A stretch of 56,683 nt of DNA, counting the filler, from Bipalium vagum (lineage: Eukaryota): the NCBI GenBank assembly GCA_037834085.1. It is 2 parts of 2 records of this genome, joined end to end, with 100 filler letters (N's around TTAATTAATTAA, not from the genome) between each part and the next. Parts side by side here need not be neighbours in the genome. Positions count along the whole stretch, not along the records: positions 1 to 28,704 come from JBBMKC010047192.1; positions 28,805 to 56,683 come from JBBMKC010075163.1. One strand, given 5' to 3'. A model generated the notes under the pieces. The model had not been told where the DNA came from, made no database searches, and worked only from the letters and a program-made list of their open reading frames with translations. This document shows, piece after piece, positions 24,530 through 52,000 of the stretch. Positions within the stretch are counted from its first letter, which is position 1. Each line of letters starts with the position of its first letter. Position numbers and translations under genes: made by a program.

Positions 24530-25252
24530 AAAAAGTCCACTTATTCTAAAAGCTTAGATTTTTTAAATTACCAGGTTGTCCGACTTTCTCCAGGTGAAAT
24601 TCATTGCTTCGAATGTTGAGTAGAGACTTTGGAGTGTAATAATAAATCCATCTTTCGTCGCAAGTGACGTATCGACTAGTTGTTTGGAATTTTTTCAACG
24701 AATATCAATTTCCTTTCCAAATCACTAACACGTTGCGGCACCCATTTTGCAGTCACCTTTTTCATTAGTATTGTATCATTTTTCCAGTATTGTACGCCAT
24801 AAGCTGTTTTCTAAAATACCATAATCTCAGCAATCTGACTAATTGTCACCTTTTGATCTACCGTTATAAGTTTGTGAATTAGTTTGGTATATTGGTCAGT
24901 TGTTCCCTCAATTGAACAAGACCCCGTTTAAAATCTGACTACCAATTTTAAATAGTAAGATACTATGGTGCTGATTGCCAATAATGTATATCCAAACTTT
25001 TTATGGTTTCCGTAGCGTTTTTCCCTTTAATAAAATAATGTTTCATTAATGTCCTAAATTAGTATTTGTCCATTTTCAAAATTGCAGCTATTTAAAATAT
25101 TTAATTTTGTTGTATAAAACGAAATAATTTAGCGAAATCAATAAAATTTTATATTCATTAATTTAGAAGATTGTTCTTTAAAGTAAGAATATAAATTCTT
25201 CTTTACCTTGCTAATATGACCAAGGTCAAGAACTTTTTCAGTCAGGGTCATA
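24530..25252 (-). mobile_element. mariner 5' half, decayed
   Basis: MDKY*FRTLMKHYFIKGKNATET, KKVTAKWVP and VTCDERWIYYY; TIR-like end at ~25220-25252. Confidence 0.85.
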
Positions 25253-25399
25253 CATAATATTCAGAAAAATTATTTTATTACTATAAAATATTAATTAAAA
25301 AATTTTGATTTCAAAATTAACATTTGATTTAATTATTTGATTTTATTGACATTATTTAATTATTGACTATTCTTTATCTTGTTAAAATAATTAACTTTT

Positions 25400-25570
25400 G
25401 TGATTGTCTCTTTGTAAACATTTGGTTGATAATTCGATTTGATTATTGGAGACATTGTGGTTGTTACTTTGTTAATTGCCCTTTTGTAGTTGTTTTGATT
25501 CATTCATTTGCATACACGTTTTGACAAAAGTGAAGGGGTCAGTAAACTTGACGAGCTAAGTGTTACGACA
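25400..25570. repeat. Dispersed repeat (LTR end); second copy inverted at 44876-45000
   Basis: Reverse complement TGTCGTAACACTTAGCTCGTCAAGTTTACTGACCCCTTCACTTTTGTCAAAACGTGTA aligns closely with 44876 TGTGGTAACACTTAGTTCGTAAAGTTTACTGACCCATTCACTTTTGTTAAAACGTGTA. Confidence 0.8.
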
Positions 25571-25679
25571 GGATTCATAATAATATAATAGCGTAACAAT
25601 ATTGTAAAATTCATTTTTAAGAATTGAAAAATTATTCATAAAAATGAAAACGAGAACCTTAAAAACATATAACTTGTTT

Positions 25680-26100
25680 AATTGACGAAGCATGTTTGGT
25701 AAGAATCAAACTTATTTGAAAAAGATTCTGAAATTGAGAAAATTTTTAACTAATGTTGTATCTTGATTCCAGCTAAGTTTCTGTATTTAATGACGTAATG
25801 TCAATGGTAAACATCGCTTTTGACTGTATGAGACAGACCCAAAGTATTCAATTTATGAAATATAATATTGAGAGACAACTTTTGTCTGAGATTCATTAAA
25901 TTTTGTCTATGAAGAAAAAGTTCTCTTTCATGCTAGTTGGAACTTTGATTATATCCAATACCACTTAAACGATCCTGATAGCCTTGCTCACATCATGCAT
26001 TCCAGTAATATAGTGAAATGTTTTTTTCCCAAACGTCTTGAGATTTATCTGAAACTACATACACTTTCATGAAGTCTTACTATTCAATCCCTTTAATAGT
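25680..26100 (-). mobile_element. Possible hAT transposase relic
   Basis: LSGIGYNQSSN...IIFHKLN loosely resembles hAT GQGYDGASNM...HCxAHxLN; very decayed. Confidence 0.3.
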
Positions 26101-26699
26101 TCAATTTTTTATATTTCAATCATATTTCTTATCATTCATAAATTATTTACTTACCTATTTAAGTGATACCTAAAACATGTGAATATATAATTAAATTAAG
26201 TTGGTTAAAGAGCAGATGAATTTATTCTGATGCTATTCTTAAAAATAAGTATTTTATTTTATTTTAATCAAAAAAATGTATTCTTATTTTTTATTAAATT
26301 GAATTTTGACTTAAGAAAATACTAAATAAAAAATAATAATAGTTTCAACAAGATTTATTTTAAATAAAAATAAGCATAATATCTGAGAAGTATAAGAATT
26401 TTAAAATTTATTTCGTCATTAGGAAACAATTTTTAAACAATAACGTTGTTTATTTAAAAATTTCGTTCCTTAGTTACCGAAAGCAAATATACAGGAAGTA
26501 ATAAAAAAAAAATTGAAACATAAATAACAATCAATAGAAAAGTAACAATAAGTAGACGGATAAAATCACAACCCCAATTAAATTAAAATAATAAAAAATC
26601 AACAATAATACGAAATAAGCCCAATAAAAAGAAGGAATAAATAGAAATGAAATAAGAGATCGGCTTATTATAAAACCAATAACTCATCATTATTATATC

Positions 26700-27000
26700 T
26701 CAATATATATTTAGCAATTTTGTCAATGTGTCAAAAGCTGAATTGAAAAAATGATAGCTAATTCATCCAGAAAATCTCCGAATACTACCTTGTAAGATTT
26801 AAGATTTCCAAGATATTTCTTCACATGAATATACCAGGAGAAATCCAACTAAATAAGGTCGGAACTATAAGAAAATTTAGTTCAGATTGAATCCAAAAAT
26901 TCGACTGTTTGTGTCATTTGTGAATGACTGAATAATCTTGAAGACCATACTTTAACATTTCTAGATTTATTTGTAACTTCCTTAGTCTTATTGATCATCC
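26700..27000 (-). mobile_element. mariner C-terminal relic
   Basis: FSYSSDLI*LDFSWYIHVKKYLG resembles PPYSPDLAPSDF.LF..LK..L. Confidence 0.5.
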
Positions 27001-27914
27001 CGTGAAACTAATCGCTTGGTATCTTCACAGAATTATCATCATAATCAGTACGTATTGTATCGATATCAACGTCAACATCAACGACATCAACATATGAAGT
27101 TTCAGTCTTCCAGATAATTCTAATCCTTAGATTTATTGTTTATATTCTAACTTAATATTGTTTCGTCTACAGTTATTTTTAAAGAAATGAGGTTCCATTA
27201 TTCAAATTAGATTGAAAATATTGAAAACGAATGACTTCTCTACACATTTACTATGCTAAAAAGCGACGGACAAATATAGTCAACTGTAAAATAGTTTCTC
27301 AATTTATTTTCTTACATTTGAACTGGGTAATAAATCCACAGTTGTTATATTCACTTTACATTTTATTATTTTCTTCAAATATCACAAGAAAATACATTTT
27401 TTCAACAGCTATAGATATTCTCACAGTTTTAAAGTAACAAAATAGTTATAAATAGTAACAGGTAAAGAGAAATAATATTCATACACACTTGGTAATTCAT
27501 TAATATTTTCGATTGAAATATTTTCCAAAAAAAATATTTTAATAATACTTCAAGTTTCAATTACATTAACCATGGAAATTCAAAATTTGTCCAGTGTTAT
27601 AAATATTGTAATAAAAATGTTTAATAATAAAAAATTAAAATCTAATAAAAGCTGTGAGGATTTTAAAAGTTTTATTATTTAAACTAAACTATTAATATTT
27701 AATAAATAGTTTTTGTGATAAAAAATACAATTTTTGAAAATGAGTGTTCGGGATTTTACTAGTGATATCAATGTCACTAACAATAAAATTAATAGTAATA
27801 TAATACCATAAATAATAAGTAAAGAAAATTATTATGTATTTTAGTCGACAGAAAATAAAAAGTGCAAATTCAATCATATTATGTATTTTAAAATATTAAA
27901 AAAATGAAAATAAA

Positions 27915-28256
27915 TTAACTTTTATTATTTGCATTGCTGTTGAGATTTTTCTCTTGATTTTGTCTTTGTACAGCCATAAGTCGTCTTGGATTTTGTAAAC
28001 ATCCTTTGGACATGTCCATCAAGTGAAACTGCCAAAGAGCTTCCAATGAGTCGCCATAGGATCCGAATGGAATGTTTTCGTGACACAAAGGACAACGAAT
28101 GGAGCTATTGGGATCCGCTGGATTACAAGTGGCATCAGTAAAGTGTTTGTCGTCTGATTTCAATATTGCTTCAGTACATCTTTGACATTGAACAAATTGA
28201 TGTTTCTGTTCACATTCTTGAAGCAAATGTTGAGTGAGAGAAGATATTTCCACGGC
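27915..28256 (-). CDS. CEP104: CEP104 centrosomal/ciliary-tip protein, terminal exon (C2HC zinc-finger array); upstream exons not in the window
   Basis: VEISSLTQHLLQEC...CQRCTEAI...CNPA...RCPLCHENIP...WQFHLM...GCLQNPRR matches the CEP104 C-terminal zinc fingers; AG acceptor at 28257-28258; intact to the stop codon. Confidence 0.88.
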   Translation of the reverse strand, partial: AVEISSLTQHLLQECEQKHQFVQCQRCTEAILKSDDKHFTDATCNPADPNSSIRCPLCHENIPFGSYGDSLEALWQFHLMDMSKGCLQNPRRLMAVQRQNQEKNLNSNANNKS

Positions 28257-28629
28257 CTTGGAGTAGTTCGATAATTATTATTTTGAATATAAAATTGTCA
28301 TTTGACGATTTGATTCTTTAAATTTCTGATTTTTTTTTCATTAAAAAATCTTTTATCAAAATCACCAGCATTTTGAATAAATAATGAAACATTTATTTGA
28401 TTAAAATGTATGGAGGTATAAATAAAATAAATAAAGTGACTTTTTTAGAGGAATTATAAAAAATAAATTTATATTCAAGTTAAAGTTAAAATGAGTTTTA
28501 ATAATAAAATAAATGAGTAAAGAAAAATATGATTTAATTATAACAGGAAAGATTTAAAAAACTTGATTTACAAAAATTGTGTAAATGAAAAAATCAATGG
28601 GAAATATAATGGTTGTTATGACAAAAATT

Positions 28630-28639
28630 AATAATAATG

Positions 28640-28704
<65 letters not shown>
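28630..28704. repeat. (AAT)n microsatellite at contig end
   Basis: Directly visible, running into the N block. Confidence 0.95.
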
Positions 28705-28804
28705 NNNNNNNNNNNNNNNNNNNNNNNNNNNNNNNNNNNNNNNNNNNNTTAATTAATTAANNNNNNNNNNNNNNNNNNNNNNNNNNNNNNNNNNNNNNNN
28801 NNNN
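28705..28804. other. Artificial contig-joining spacer (N44 + TTAATTAATTAA + N44)
   Basis: Exactly 100 bp and symmetric; the 12-mer places stop codons in all six frames. Confidence 0.95.
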
Positions 28805-30030
28805 ACAGCCAACAGCTCTTTCCGTGTCACACAGTAGCCTTTTTCATGAGCGTTCATTGAATGCGACCCATATGCTACCACCTTTTCATGACCATTTGAA
28901 TCTTTCTGTGACAGAACTACCCCAATTGTGTCGAAACTCGCATCGGTGTCAAGAATAAATTCTTTATTCATATCTGGAAAGCATAATATTGGGCTTGATA
29001 TCAGTCCCTCTTTTAGTTCTTCAAAAGCTTTATTTACCTCTGGTGTCCAAAATCAATTTCTTATTATTTATTCCGCATAATCGTTCCATAGCTTTTGCTT
29101 TCTGTGTACACCCTTTTATGAATCGTCTATAGTAATTGCATATACCCAAAAAGCTCTTTCGGTTGCGTAAATGTTCGGGATGGCATCTATTTTTGATTGG
29201 TCTGTTTGAGCACAACTTTTGTTTACAATTTCGCCGAGGAATTTGACTTCCTCCTTAAATAATTGGCATTTGTCGGGATTAATTCTTAAATGTCTTTCTT
29301 TCATGCTCATTAATACCTGATTTAAGACATTGTAATGATTTTCCAAACTGATCGTAAAAGCCAGAATATCATCTAGATATACCATAGGTTCTTTGACTTT
29401 ACCGATGAATTTTGCAATTGCTTCTCGAAACATTTCTGGTACCGCTGCAATGCCAAATGACATTCTATTAAAATAGTACTGCCAATCTCTAGTAGAAAAA
29501 CAGTCTTTTCTTGCGAATCTTTGCCTAATTCAACTCAATAATAAGCATTACCTAGGTCTATTGAGCTAAAATAACGTGCTCCATCTAACTCATCTAATAT
29601 TTCGTCAACGTTTGCACTGGAAAAGCTTGTCTTTCGGTCATTGTATTAAGTCTTCTATAGTCCAGACAAATCCGATAATATCTTTTCTCTTTTTTCCAGA
29701 CGCATATCAATGAGATGTTCCACAGGGAATTACATTTTCTGAAATTATTATCATAAAGATTCTTTATCGATTGGTTTATTTTTTTCTTCTAAATTCATTG
29801 GTTGCCTAAATCTTTTAAAATTAATTGGCTCACCTTCCGTTTTTATCGTATGTTTTGTCAGATGGGTACATTCAATATCCTATTTATCGGCCAAGAACAC
29901 ATTTTCGTTTACCTCAATTATCTTTCATAATTTGACATCTTCCTTAACATTCATTAATTTCAATACTCTTTTCAACCGTCCCCTTTCTGTATTGCTCTAC
30001 CAGATCTTCTTTTGATATTTCAGTGAAAAG
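28805..30030 (-). mobile_element. Ty3/gypsy pol (RT and RNase H), decayed
   Basis: RICLDYRRLN, YFNRMSFG, VYLDDILAF, FLGICNYYRRFI and FILDTDASFDTIGVVLSQ...VAYGS...YCVTRKELLA. Confidence 0.92.
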
Positions 30031-30159
30031 GTAATTTTCATTTATTTTGTGACTCAATAATTCTACTCTTATTTTTGTGTAATTTCTTAGAATGATGAGT
30101 AAAATAATTATATAATATAAATAATTATATAATATAATATAATTAAATAATTATATAAT

Positions 30160-31372
30160 TAGTTCGTGAATTTTTTTATATAAAAAATTAAGTAATTTTT
30201 AAAAACGATAGATTTTATTGATCGCGTTAAGCAGTATATCATTTTATACGTTTTAAATTGCCTTTAATATTATCTAAAATAGATTCTAAAAAATTTTCTA
30301 AGAATTTAATTTTGTTCATAATTTGGCAATATGAAAAATTTTGAAATTCGGATGCTTTTGCGCTATTATTGGAAGCAGCAATAAATGCCAAGGAAGCTAT
30401 TCCAAAAATATGTGATATTGAAGGAAAAGGTATCGTCTCTATTCGCACAGTTCCAAAATAGTTTAAGAAATTCAATGAAGGTCAAACCAATCTCGAGGAT
30501 GACTCACGTTCCGGAAGACTTAAAACCGTAGATTCCAAGGCGATACTCGAAGCAGTTGAAATAATTCATTAACCGGCAGTCATGTGTTTTCACATGAATT
30601 GAATATTCCTCAAACATCCATAGTCCGGCACCTTCATGAACTTGGAACAATCAACAGAAGCGGTAGAGAAGCTCCTCATCAATTAAGTGAAAGTCAGGCA
30701 AAACAACGGATGGGCATATATCAGAAATTGTTGGAAAATCCTTGTGACGAACGTTTCTTTTTAAAAAAATATTCAATTCTGATGAAAAGTGGACATATCT
30801 CTACAATGCTGACAGCAAAAACCATAGTTGTATCCAGGTCAAACAGCAAAGTTTGTGCCAAAGTGGAACTACAAAGGTATAATCAATTTTAAGGTGCTTC
30901 CAAACAGAGAATTTATCAACGCGGATGTCTATTGCGCTCAGCCTGAACGAATGTGTGACGTATTATGAAGAAATACCCATCGATGATCAACCGAAAACGA
31001 ATATATTTGGAGCAAGTCAATGCCAAGCCACATACGGCCAAAAAGACTAAGGAAAAAATCAAAGAACAACATGAAATTGAATTATTACAGCACCAAGCTT
31101 ACTGCCCTGACCTTGCACCATCTGACTTTCACCTGTTCCACTCAATGGCACATTTTTTACGAGGACACTCTTTCAATGATCTAGAGGATATCAAAACGGG
31201 ATACCTGGAGTTCTTCGACTCTAAGGACAAGGGTTGGTACAAAAGTGGCATCGAAAACCTTGTCAATAGATGGCTTAAGACAGAGAATCAAAGGGGATTT
31301 ATTTTGTTTTGTGTTAAATATATGTTGAAATTTTGGTCTAAAAAACGCACGAACTTTTGATTCACCATTATA
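30160..31372 (+). mobile_element. Near-full-length mariner, frameshifted
   Basis: RSGR, EAPHQLS, NAKPHTAK and HQAYCPDLAPSDFHLF; partial TIR match AGTTCGTG...CACGAACT. Confidence 0.92.
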
Positions 31373-31559
31373 TATCTGAATTAAGAATTTCTATAATAAA
31401 ATAATTAATAAAGAGAAACAAGTAATTAAATTATAAATAAAATAATTGATGAAATGATCTTATAAAATAATAAGAAATAAAATTAAAATAATCATAAAAT
31501 AAATAAAGGCTTTTTTGAGTCAGAATAATAATAAATAACATATAAATGAATCAAACTGA

Positions 31560-32290
31560 TTTTGATTATAAAAATGCTAGATGGTCTCTTAGACTAACGG
31601 AAATTGCTTTATTTCCGTTCTCTGTTTAATATTTCGGACATCATGGTGATTAGTATCATGAGATTTTCCCATTCCTCTTGCTATAATGATCCCACAATGC
31701 AGGTCTGATTGATTTTGAGTCCAGGTATTCTGAGGCTTTGATCGTCTTTATCTCTAAGTAACTCCGATATCGCATTGGGTTTACTTGCACCGTTCTCTTT
31801 TCAGATATTTTCTGTTCTCTATTATCAAATTATTTTGCCAAACCTCTTTTCTACTTTAATATCCGATCTCGTCATGAGTGCTTCTTTGAGCCCATTACTT
31901 CTTGTCCTTTTTAGCAGGAAATATTCTTGAAAGTCTACGGACCCGAATCTAAAATGTTGTAAACCTCTCATGCTAGTTTTGCTTAACCTCTGCCAGTTTC
32001 ATTACAATCTCTAGAAATGATATATTTACCATGTCTTCTTCTATCAATTTCTCGCCTCTTCTTTTGGCGAAATTTTCCCTAATGTAGCAGCTTCTTCCGA
32101 TAACAAAAGATCAAAAACACCGATCAAACATAGGTCATTTATGCATCTGACGAGGTCCGTCCATTAAATTTACGAATCTGAAAATTTAACAGCTCCTGTG
32201 ATTCCTTTGGCAAAGCATTCAGAAAGTTCTTTCTTTCTTGCTTTCTCGTAACGACACTAATATTTTCGCTGGTTACCAGTTAGGTTTTCC
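31560..32290 (-). mobile_element. Probable gypsy PBS/gag region (possibly the 5' part of the 28805-30030 element)
   Basis: Minus-strand PBS-like TGGTAACCAGCG near 32278, followed by purine-rich decayed coding-like sequence, same strand as the pol fragment. Confidence 0.4.
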
Positions 32291-34954
32291 TTCTAATTCA
32301 TTAATAAAACGGATTTAAGTTCAAAAAATTATTTATTTAAACAAAAGTAGTATATAATCCCTAACTATGATAAAACTCGTTATGAAAAAATCAGAAAATT
32401 CATCAGGCAATTAAAGAATATTTAATTTTATTAATCGATTTTAGATATGATAGTTTTAGATATTTATTGATCACGATGTAATAAAAATTTATAACGGATA
32501 TTTAACTATGATAAGGGTAATACTGATCTTTTTGCAAATTCTCATTAACTTAGTTTTCCTAATATAGATCAAATGATAAATAAACTAAACCATTAACTTA
32601 AATACGGAAATATTCCTTAATATATAACGTCATTGGATTATTAAAAATGTACAATAACAAATATTAAACTATGATAAAAATAATAAAAGATTAATAAACA
32701 GCTTATATTCTTATACAAAGTGAAGATTTAATAAGTCTTAAAAATAATTATCAGAATTTATTTATTAGGGAGTTTGAAATATTTATTTTAATCCTAATTA
32801 ATAAAATATAAATTAATAAAATAAATTAATAAAAAAATATATTTTTTAAAAGATCTGTAAAATAACATTTCGAATTTATTAAAATCATTAAAATATTTAT
32901 TTGAATATATGTATTCTAGAGTTAAAATAATCTATTAAAAGGCTTTTTAAAATATCTATTTTATTTATTTATTAACATTATTAAACAAATACTTATTAAA
33001 AAATTCATTTTATAATTATATTTAATTTTATATAAATTGATTTTTTTTCTTTATCAGTTTGATTTTAGTAAAAAATATTACGGAATTATTTGGGAATTCA
33101 TAAGATAAACTTATAATATCTTTTTCATTGATTTTTAAATCTTTTAATGTGATAGTAAAATTGTTTGGGTTTCATATCCTCTATCATAGATTTCAAAATT
33201 AAAATTTTTAACTATTTTATTTTGATTATTTAATATTTAAAAATAAATTTTTTATTCAACTTCGTTTCGTGAGGTGAAGATGAATTTCAAATTATTTATT
33301 AAAGTTAATTGTGTTTGGAAATATTTATCATATATTTAACAAAAGAAGTTTGTACTTATTTTATAAGTCATTTTATTTGGCATTTTTAAGATTAAAAAGT
33401 TTTTAACATTTGGTTTTGTCCTATGAAACAAAGTTAAATCTAAATTTGGAGTTAAATGAAATCAATTTTTTTAGTATTTTATTAATTAAAATTATTTCGT
33501 TGGGTTTACCTAGGGTACGACTCTCAAAGACTTAAAAAAATACAAAATAATAATAAAAGTACTTTTAATAAATATTAATAATATTATAATAAAAAAATGA
33601 CACACACGCTTTGAGGGTTTTGATTATCTCATTAAAATGTTGTCATTGGGTTTTGATAAATTTTACGGATTGCGGATAAATGATAAATCATTTTGCGAAG
33701 AGAATAAATGATAAACGATAAAAAGATAATTATAAATGTACTTCTTTCGTTCTTTTTGGCTCAAAATCCCACAGATTTATTGTTTTTAATTTTTTGTATT
33801 GTTCAAAAAATTTATAAAACAAAAAATTAAAATCATAAAAATAAAAAAATTGTAAAAATTGCAACAATCAAAAAAATAAAAATTGAAAAAACGCAATTTA
33901 AAAAATTTATGTTGTACGTTCGTTTTGTTTCTTCATTCTAACAGTACTTAAGACAATACTTATTAAATCGATAAATTTTTTAAATTTGAAAACTAAGACT
34001 CCTTATTTATAAATATTTCTTCTGTCCATTTTGCTCCATAGCTTCTATCAAATTAATTTTCATATTTAAATGTCCACATTTAAACTGAAACTTGAAACTT
34101 GGATTTATATTTTAATTCTCATTTATATTTTCAATTAATAATTTTTTCATGAAAATCAAAAGATTCGTTAGAATATAATCCAATTATTCTAAGAACTTTA
34201 TTTTTATAAAAATTAATAATAAATTTAATCTGTATTACATTATTTTGAAAATTTTTAAACACCACATTTTTCTCAAAATTTTATAAAAACAGATTTCTCT
34301 TCATTTCTGTTCAATAAATACCTATTTCATTTTCATCACGAAACTCGTTAGATGCTTTATTATAAAATTCGGCTCCTACATCAATCCACATTTTTAGGAA
34401 ATGGTTATTGTTCCTCAAATATTTTTTCAAAAGCGTTTGTAATAGAAATACCTTTTTTATCTTTTTAAGGTATTGCAAATACAAATCATAGAATTAAGGA
34501 ATTAGAGATATTGATAATTACAAAGAAACTAATAAATTAAACCAATAGAAAGAAGAGGGGTTTAAAAGATGATTTAACATTTCATAAATCTTTCTTAAAA
34601 TATTAGAATAAAATTCAAGCGAAAGCTTTCATGAGACTACATTGAATTCAAATACGCAGGATAAAAATTCATTTATTGGTATGAAAAATAATATATTTAT
34701 TTGATATTTCAAAAAATATCTTTGTTTTTCTTTTTTGGATGGTTTATTTATTATTAGCAAAATGATTATTTTACTTTAATTGATTTATTAAATATTCCAA
34801 ATTTTAAAATATTTTCAAACATTTTTATTTTAATTCTTAATTATTACAATTAATTTTGAGATACTAATTAATTGGATACAAGAAGATTTTTGTTTGAATT
34901 TTAATTCAAATTTTGTAAAATCAATCATATTGATAAATTTAATTGGTTAATAAA

Positions 34955-48075
<13,121 letters not shown>

Positions 48076-49021
48076 AATTTATTGTTGTTAATAATTATAT
48101 TTTAATAAATATAAAGTTTGTCTTATTTAATAAAATTTTAAAGTACAAAAGATAACTTGATTTCTCTAGTTTTAGGTTTTAGAACAATTATAACAAAGGC
48201 AATAACACCGTTGTTAAATTCATAAAAGTTTATGGGTTTAAACCAGTGGACCACATAACACAGAAATAAATCATTTATCAAAATGAGTTATGTGCTTGTA
48301 ACGTTGGAGAATAAGTTAAACTTTCAAAATATTAAATTCAATATTTTAAGCTTAATCAAATCAATAATATAGTCGATAAAAAATTTAAACACTAAGTCGA
48401 TAAAGATAAATTAAAACTGGTTGTAATATTTTTAATCCACTTCATACATATTTATTAAAAAAATTATTAAAACTTAATAAAACAGTTACAAGAATTATTG
48501 AAAGAACATTTTAATCTATAAAAACTTTAAATTAAAACTTCTGTAAGTACTTTAAAAATCGAAAAATATGTAATCATCAAAATTATTATTCTTAGAAAAA
48601 GTTTAAAAAATCATTTGATATTTAAAAATTGCAAATTGCATTAATATTTTATCACAATTTTAATTTAGAATTAAGTTAATTTATTTTTCATCAATATATT
48701 AAGGAAAATATTAGAATTATTTGAGCTAAGAATTCAAAAACACAAATTAATTTAAGACTGGAACATATGAAATAAGTAAATTATCTAAATAAATTTAAAT
48801 ATCTTAAAACTTAAGAACCTTATATACATATACTTATATTCATTTACTTATATATATATATATATATATATATAAATGTATTAATGTGCAATAAAACTTT
48901 ACTTTTTATTTTTAAAAAAATATTAGAAAGTACAAATTTTTGTTTATAATATTCAAAATTGTTTAAATATACTTAAAGTGTTTGAAATTTGACTTTGTTA
49001 TTTTTATTTTTCATTTATATT

Positions 49022-52000
49022 ATGCCATTTAAGAAAAAGTAATAATCAATAGTTTTATTAAATATATCTTAATATTGTATGTACTAATTAATTTAGCCCT
49101 AATGACCTAGTTGATAGATCTCGACAAGTTCATTTAACTAGTTCCGTCATAAGCATTAATAATAAAAAACGTTACCGATCTAATTCAGATGCTATAGATT
49201 TAAATTATAGGAGTTCGTTCACTAAATGCAAAGAAGAGCAATTATATAATGGGGAAATGGAAAGACAATATCGCAGTTCATACAAAAGTATAAATAGAAA
49301 TATTGTAAATAAAATTTATGTTTTTTAGATACGAAAATTGATTCTAACCACATATCTTACAGAGATACAGGAGAATCTGAATATAATAAAATAAAAAGAT
49401 CAAGAATTTCAATAGAATCAGACGAAAATAATGTAAGCTTTTCTATGTTTTTTGAACGCTTTTATAAACAGAACTCTAAGTGGTATATGCTTTATTAATG
49501 CTAAGATTACCATACTTTCATTTATCCTATAAGATTTCATCTAGGTTTCGCTTTTTAAACTTCATGATTAATAATAAAAATTTTTGGAAACGAAATTTGA
49601 GATTTGAAATTAAATTTGGTTTACCTTGAAAGATAATTATTTAATTATATTTCAAGTTCAATTCCATTCAAATATAATTTTACTTATAGAAAACAATTGG
49701 ATTGCTAATCTTTATTAATGTGATTATTATTATTAAAATTTGAATCGATCAACTGAAGAATGATTTCAAATTTTAATCGTTAAAAGTTTTAAAATGTGTT
49801 TTAATCTTAAAGAAAAGCGATGGAAAAGACATCCATATTTTGAAAACGTAATGATATTCATTTTTATTAATTATTGATTTTGTTACTATTTATAGAATAT
49901 ATGATCATTGAATTAAATGAAAGACATTTAACATTTTTTAATGGTTAATTTTACATTTTTGTAATGTTATATACCATTTATTCAGATAATAGTTTGGTCA
50001 TAGAAATCAGTTCTAGTTATTACTAGAGAAATGGTATGATTATTACAATTAATTTGAAATTTTTAAAAACTTATGTATTGGTTTATAAATCGATTACATA
50101 TATTTATATTATACATTATTTGAATTTTATGATTTTTCTTCATCAGAATTAATACCATGAAAAAATTATCTATGAAACGTATTTGTCAGTAGTTATGTAA
50201 TGGTAATGTTTCTGAACCTTTTTGTATTTTTATCTTTTTGTCTTGTGGGATGAGAAAAAATAATTTTTTCTTCTGCAAGTTACATGTACGGAATTTTAAA
50301 GTGCAAAAAATGTGTTTTATTTTGCACAAGTGCGATTTCGGAACATGAGAACGGTTAACATTTCGTAATTATATTTGATAACCGAACTTTATATTTTAGA
50401 GTCTTTTCACACTGTAAACTGACTGATAAAAAACCATATGATTCTTTTACGACACTGAGGTTGCTTTTCGACAGCCGATTTCACATAATGCCATTATCAT
50501 TTTATCTCTGTTTACACAATCGGATCACTCTTTTTTAAAGTTTAATTTCTCTTTGCCAAAAAGGCAAATAAGCAAAAAAGATTGAGGAGCAGCATTTAAC
50601 GACATTATCAATACACCTTCTGATTCCGTAATTGTATTTCAGACGCTCCGTCAAATTCGCGGTGCAAAATAATTCCTGGCCTTTATCAGATTTAACTTAT
50701 TGAAATTTCAAGGTTCATCGATCTAGCCGAAATTTGAAGGGGCGGTTTAAGTCCTGGCTTGTGTGAGACCACGCTGCTCATTTGGAATTGAAGTTTGAAA
50801 AAACTGTTATATTCTTGTGAGTGATTCGAAAAAATAGCCCTAATCGGTAAATTTTTGACCAATTTCACAAGTATTCATTGGATGATAAAGACGTAAATTT
50901 ACCGTTTTTGGAAATTATTGTATTGCTATAGTTACATAAATATTTTTCCTATAAAATTTGAATTTTAATCAGTAAAGTAATGAAAATTTTATTTTCCAGA
51001 CTATCTTATTGATATTTAGATTGACATGTGTCGAGTCTTATCGAGCTTAAAAAGTAAAGATCCTGTGGTTGCTTAAATCTTTGATTTAACTTAATTTTTA
51101 AATCTTTCAAAATTTATGTTAATTTTTCTTTTGTCTTTAGTTTCCACGATAATAATCAACTTTTTTGTCTTTCCAATTTCTTGCATAAATTCTATTCTAT
51201 TTCATATCGAAAAGGTTTAATTGATTGATCATAAATTAATACTGATTTTTTTGAAATCTGCAAAGAAAGTAATTTACTAGATTTCATCTAATAATATTGT
51301 TTTTCACCGATTTTATTTATCTTTAAATGTGTTGAACATTGAGTTTTCTCTTCATGTAATTTTCAATTATTATATATCCACTTAGAGATCTGGTTTATAA
51401 ACATGTTTAATATTGTTATATATTTATTAAAGCAGTGTGTTGTTATATTTATAAATATTAAATCATTGACTTTAAAGATTAAAAAGTGTGATCGCTCATC
51501 ACATAAAAATAAAGATCAATCAAACAAACGAGAAAATCGCAAACATAAAAAAACCCGTGATCATAAAGATAAATCGAAACGAGATAAATACCAGTCTAAA
51601 TCAAAAAAAGATCACAAGGTAAAACTGAAAATAATGACAAATTGAATGTGCTTTTTAAATTTAAATCATTTTTGATACTAAAGAGGAGAAAAAGTATTAA
51701 TGAAGATGACCCCGAATCAAAATGTGCTAATGAACCATTTGAATATAATAATGATTATATCAATAACGACTCAGATGTCAATGAGGATACTCTGCACAAG
51801 AATTTCAGTTCATTAGAGCCAATCGTATTGTTGGACAATAAAAGCAGACATTCTGTATCTAATGATGCCGATATGAATCTACATGAATTTTGGGAATCTG
51901 AGATGATGGTGAAAGAAAAGGAATTAGTTCAAAACATCTTAGAAATCGATGATGATTATGATCATCAAAATAAACTTCATTTTACCGATGAAGAAGAGGA

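Noticed and set aside
50400-50800. Possible CR1/LINE 3' end or piggyBac end in a CDK11 intron
   Set aside because: Motif similarity too weak to support a call.
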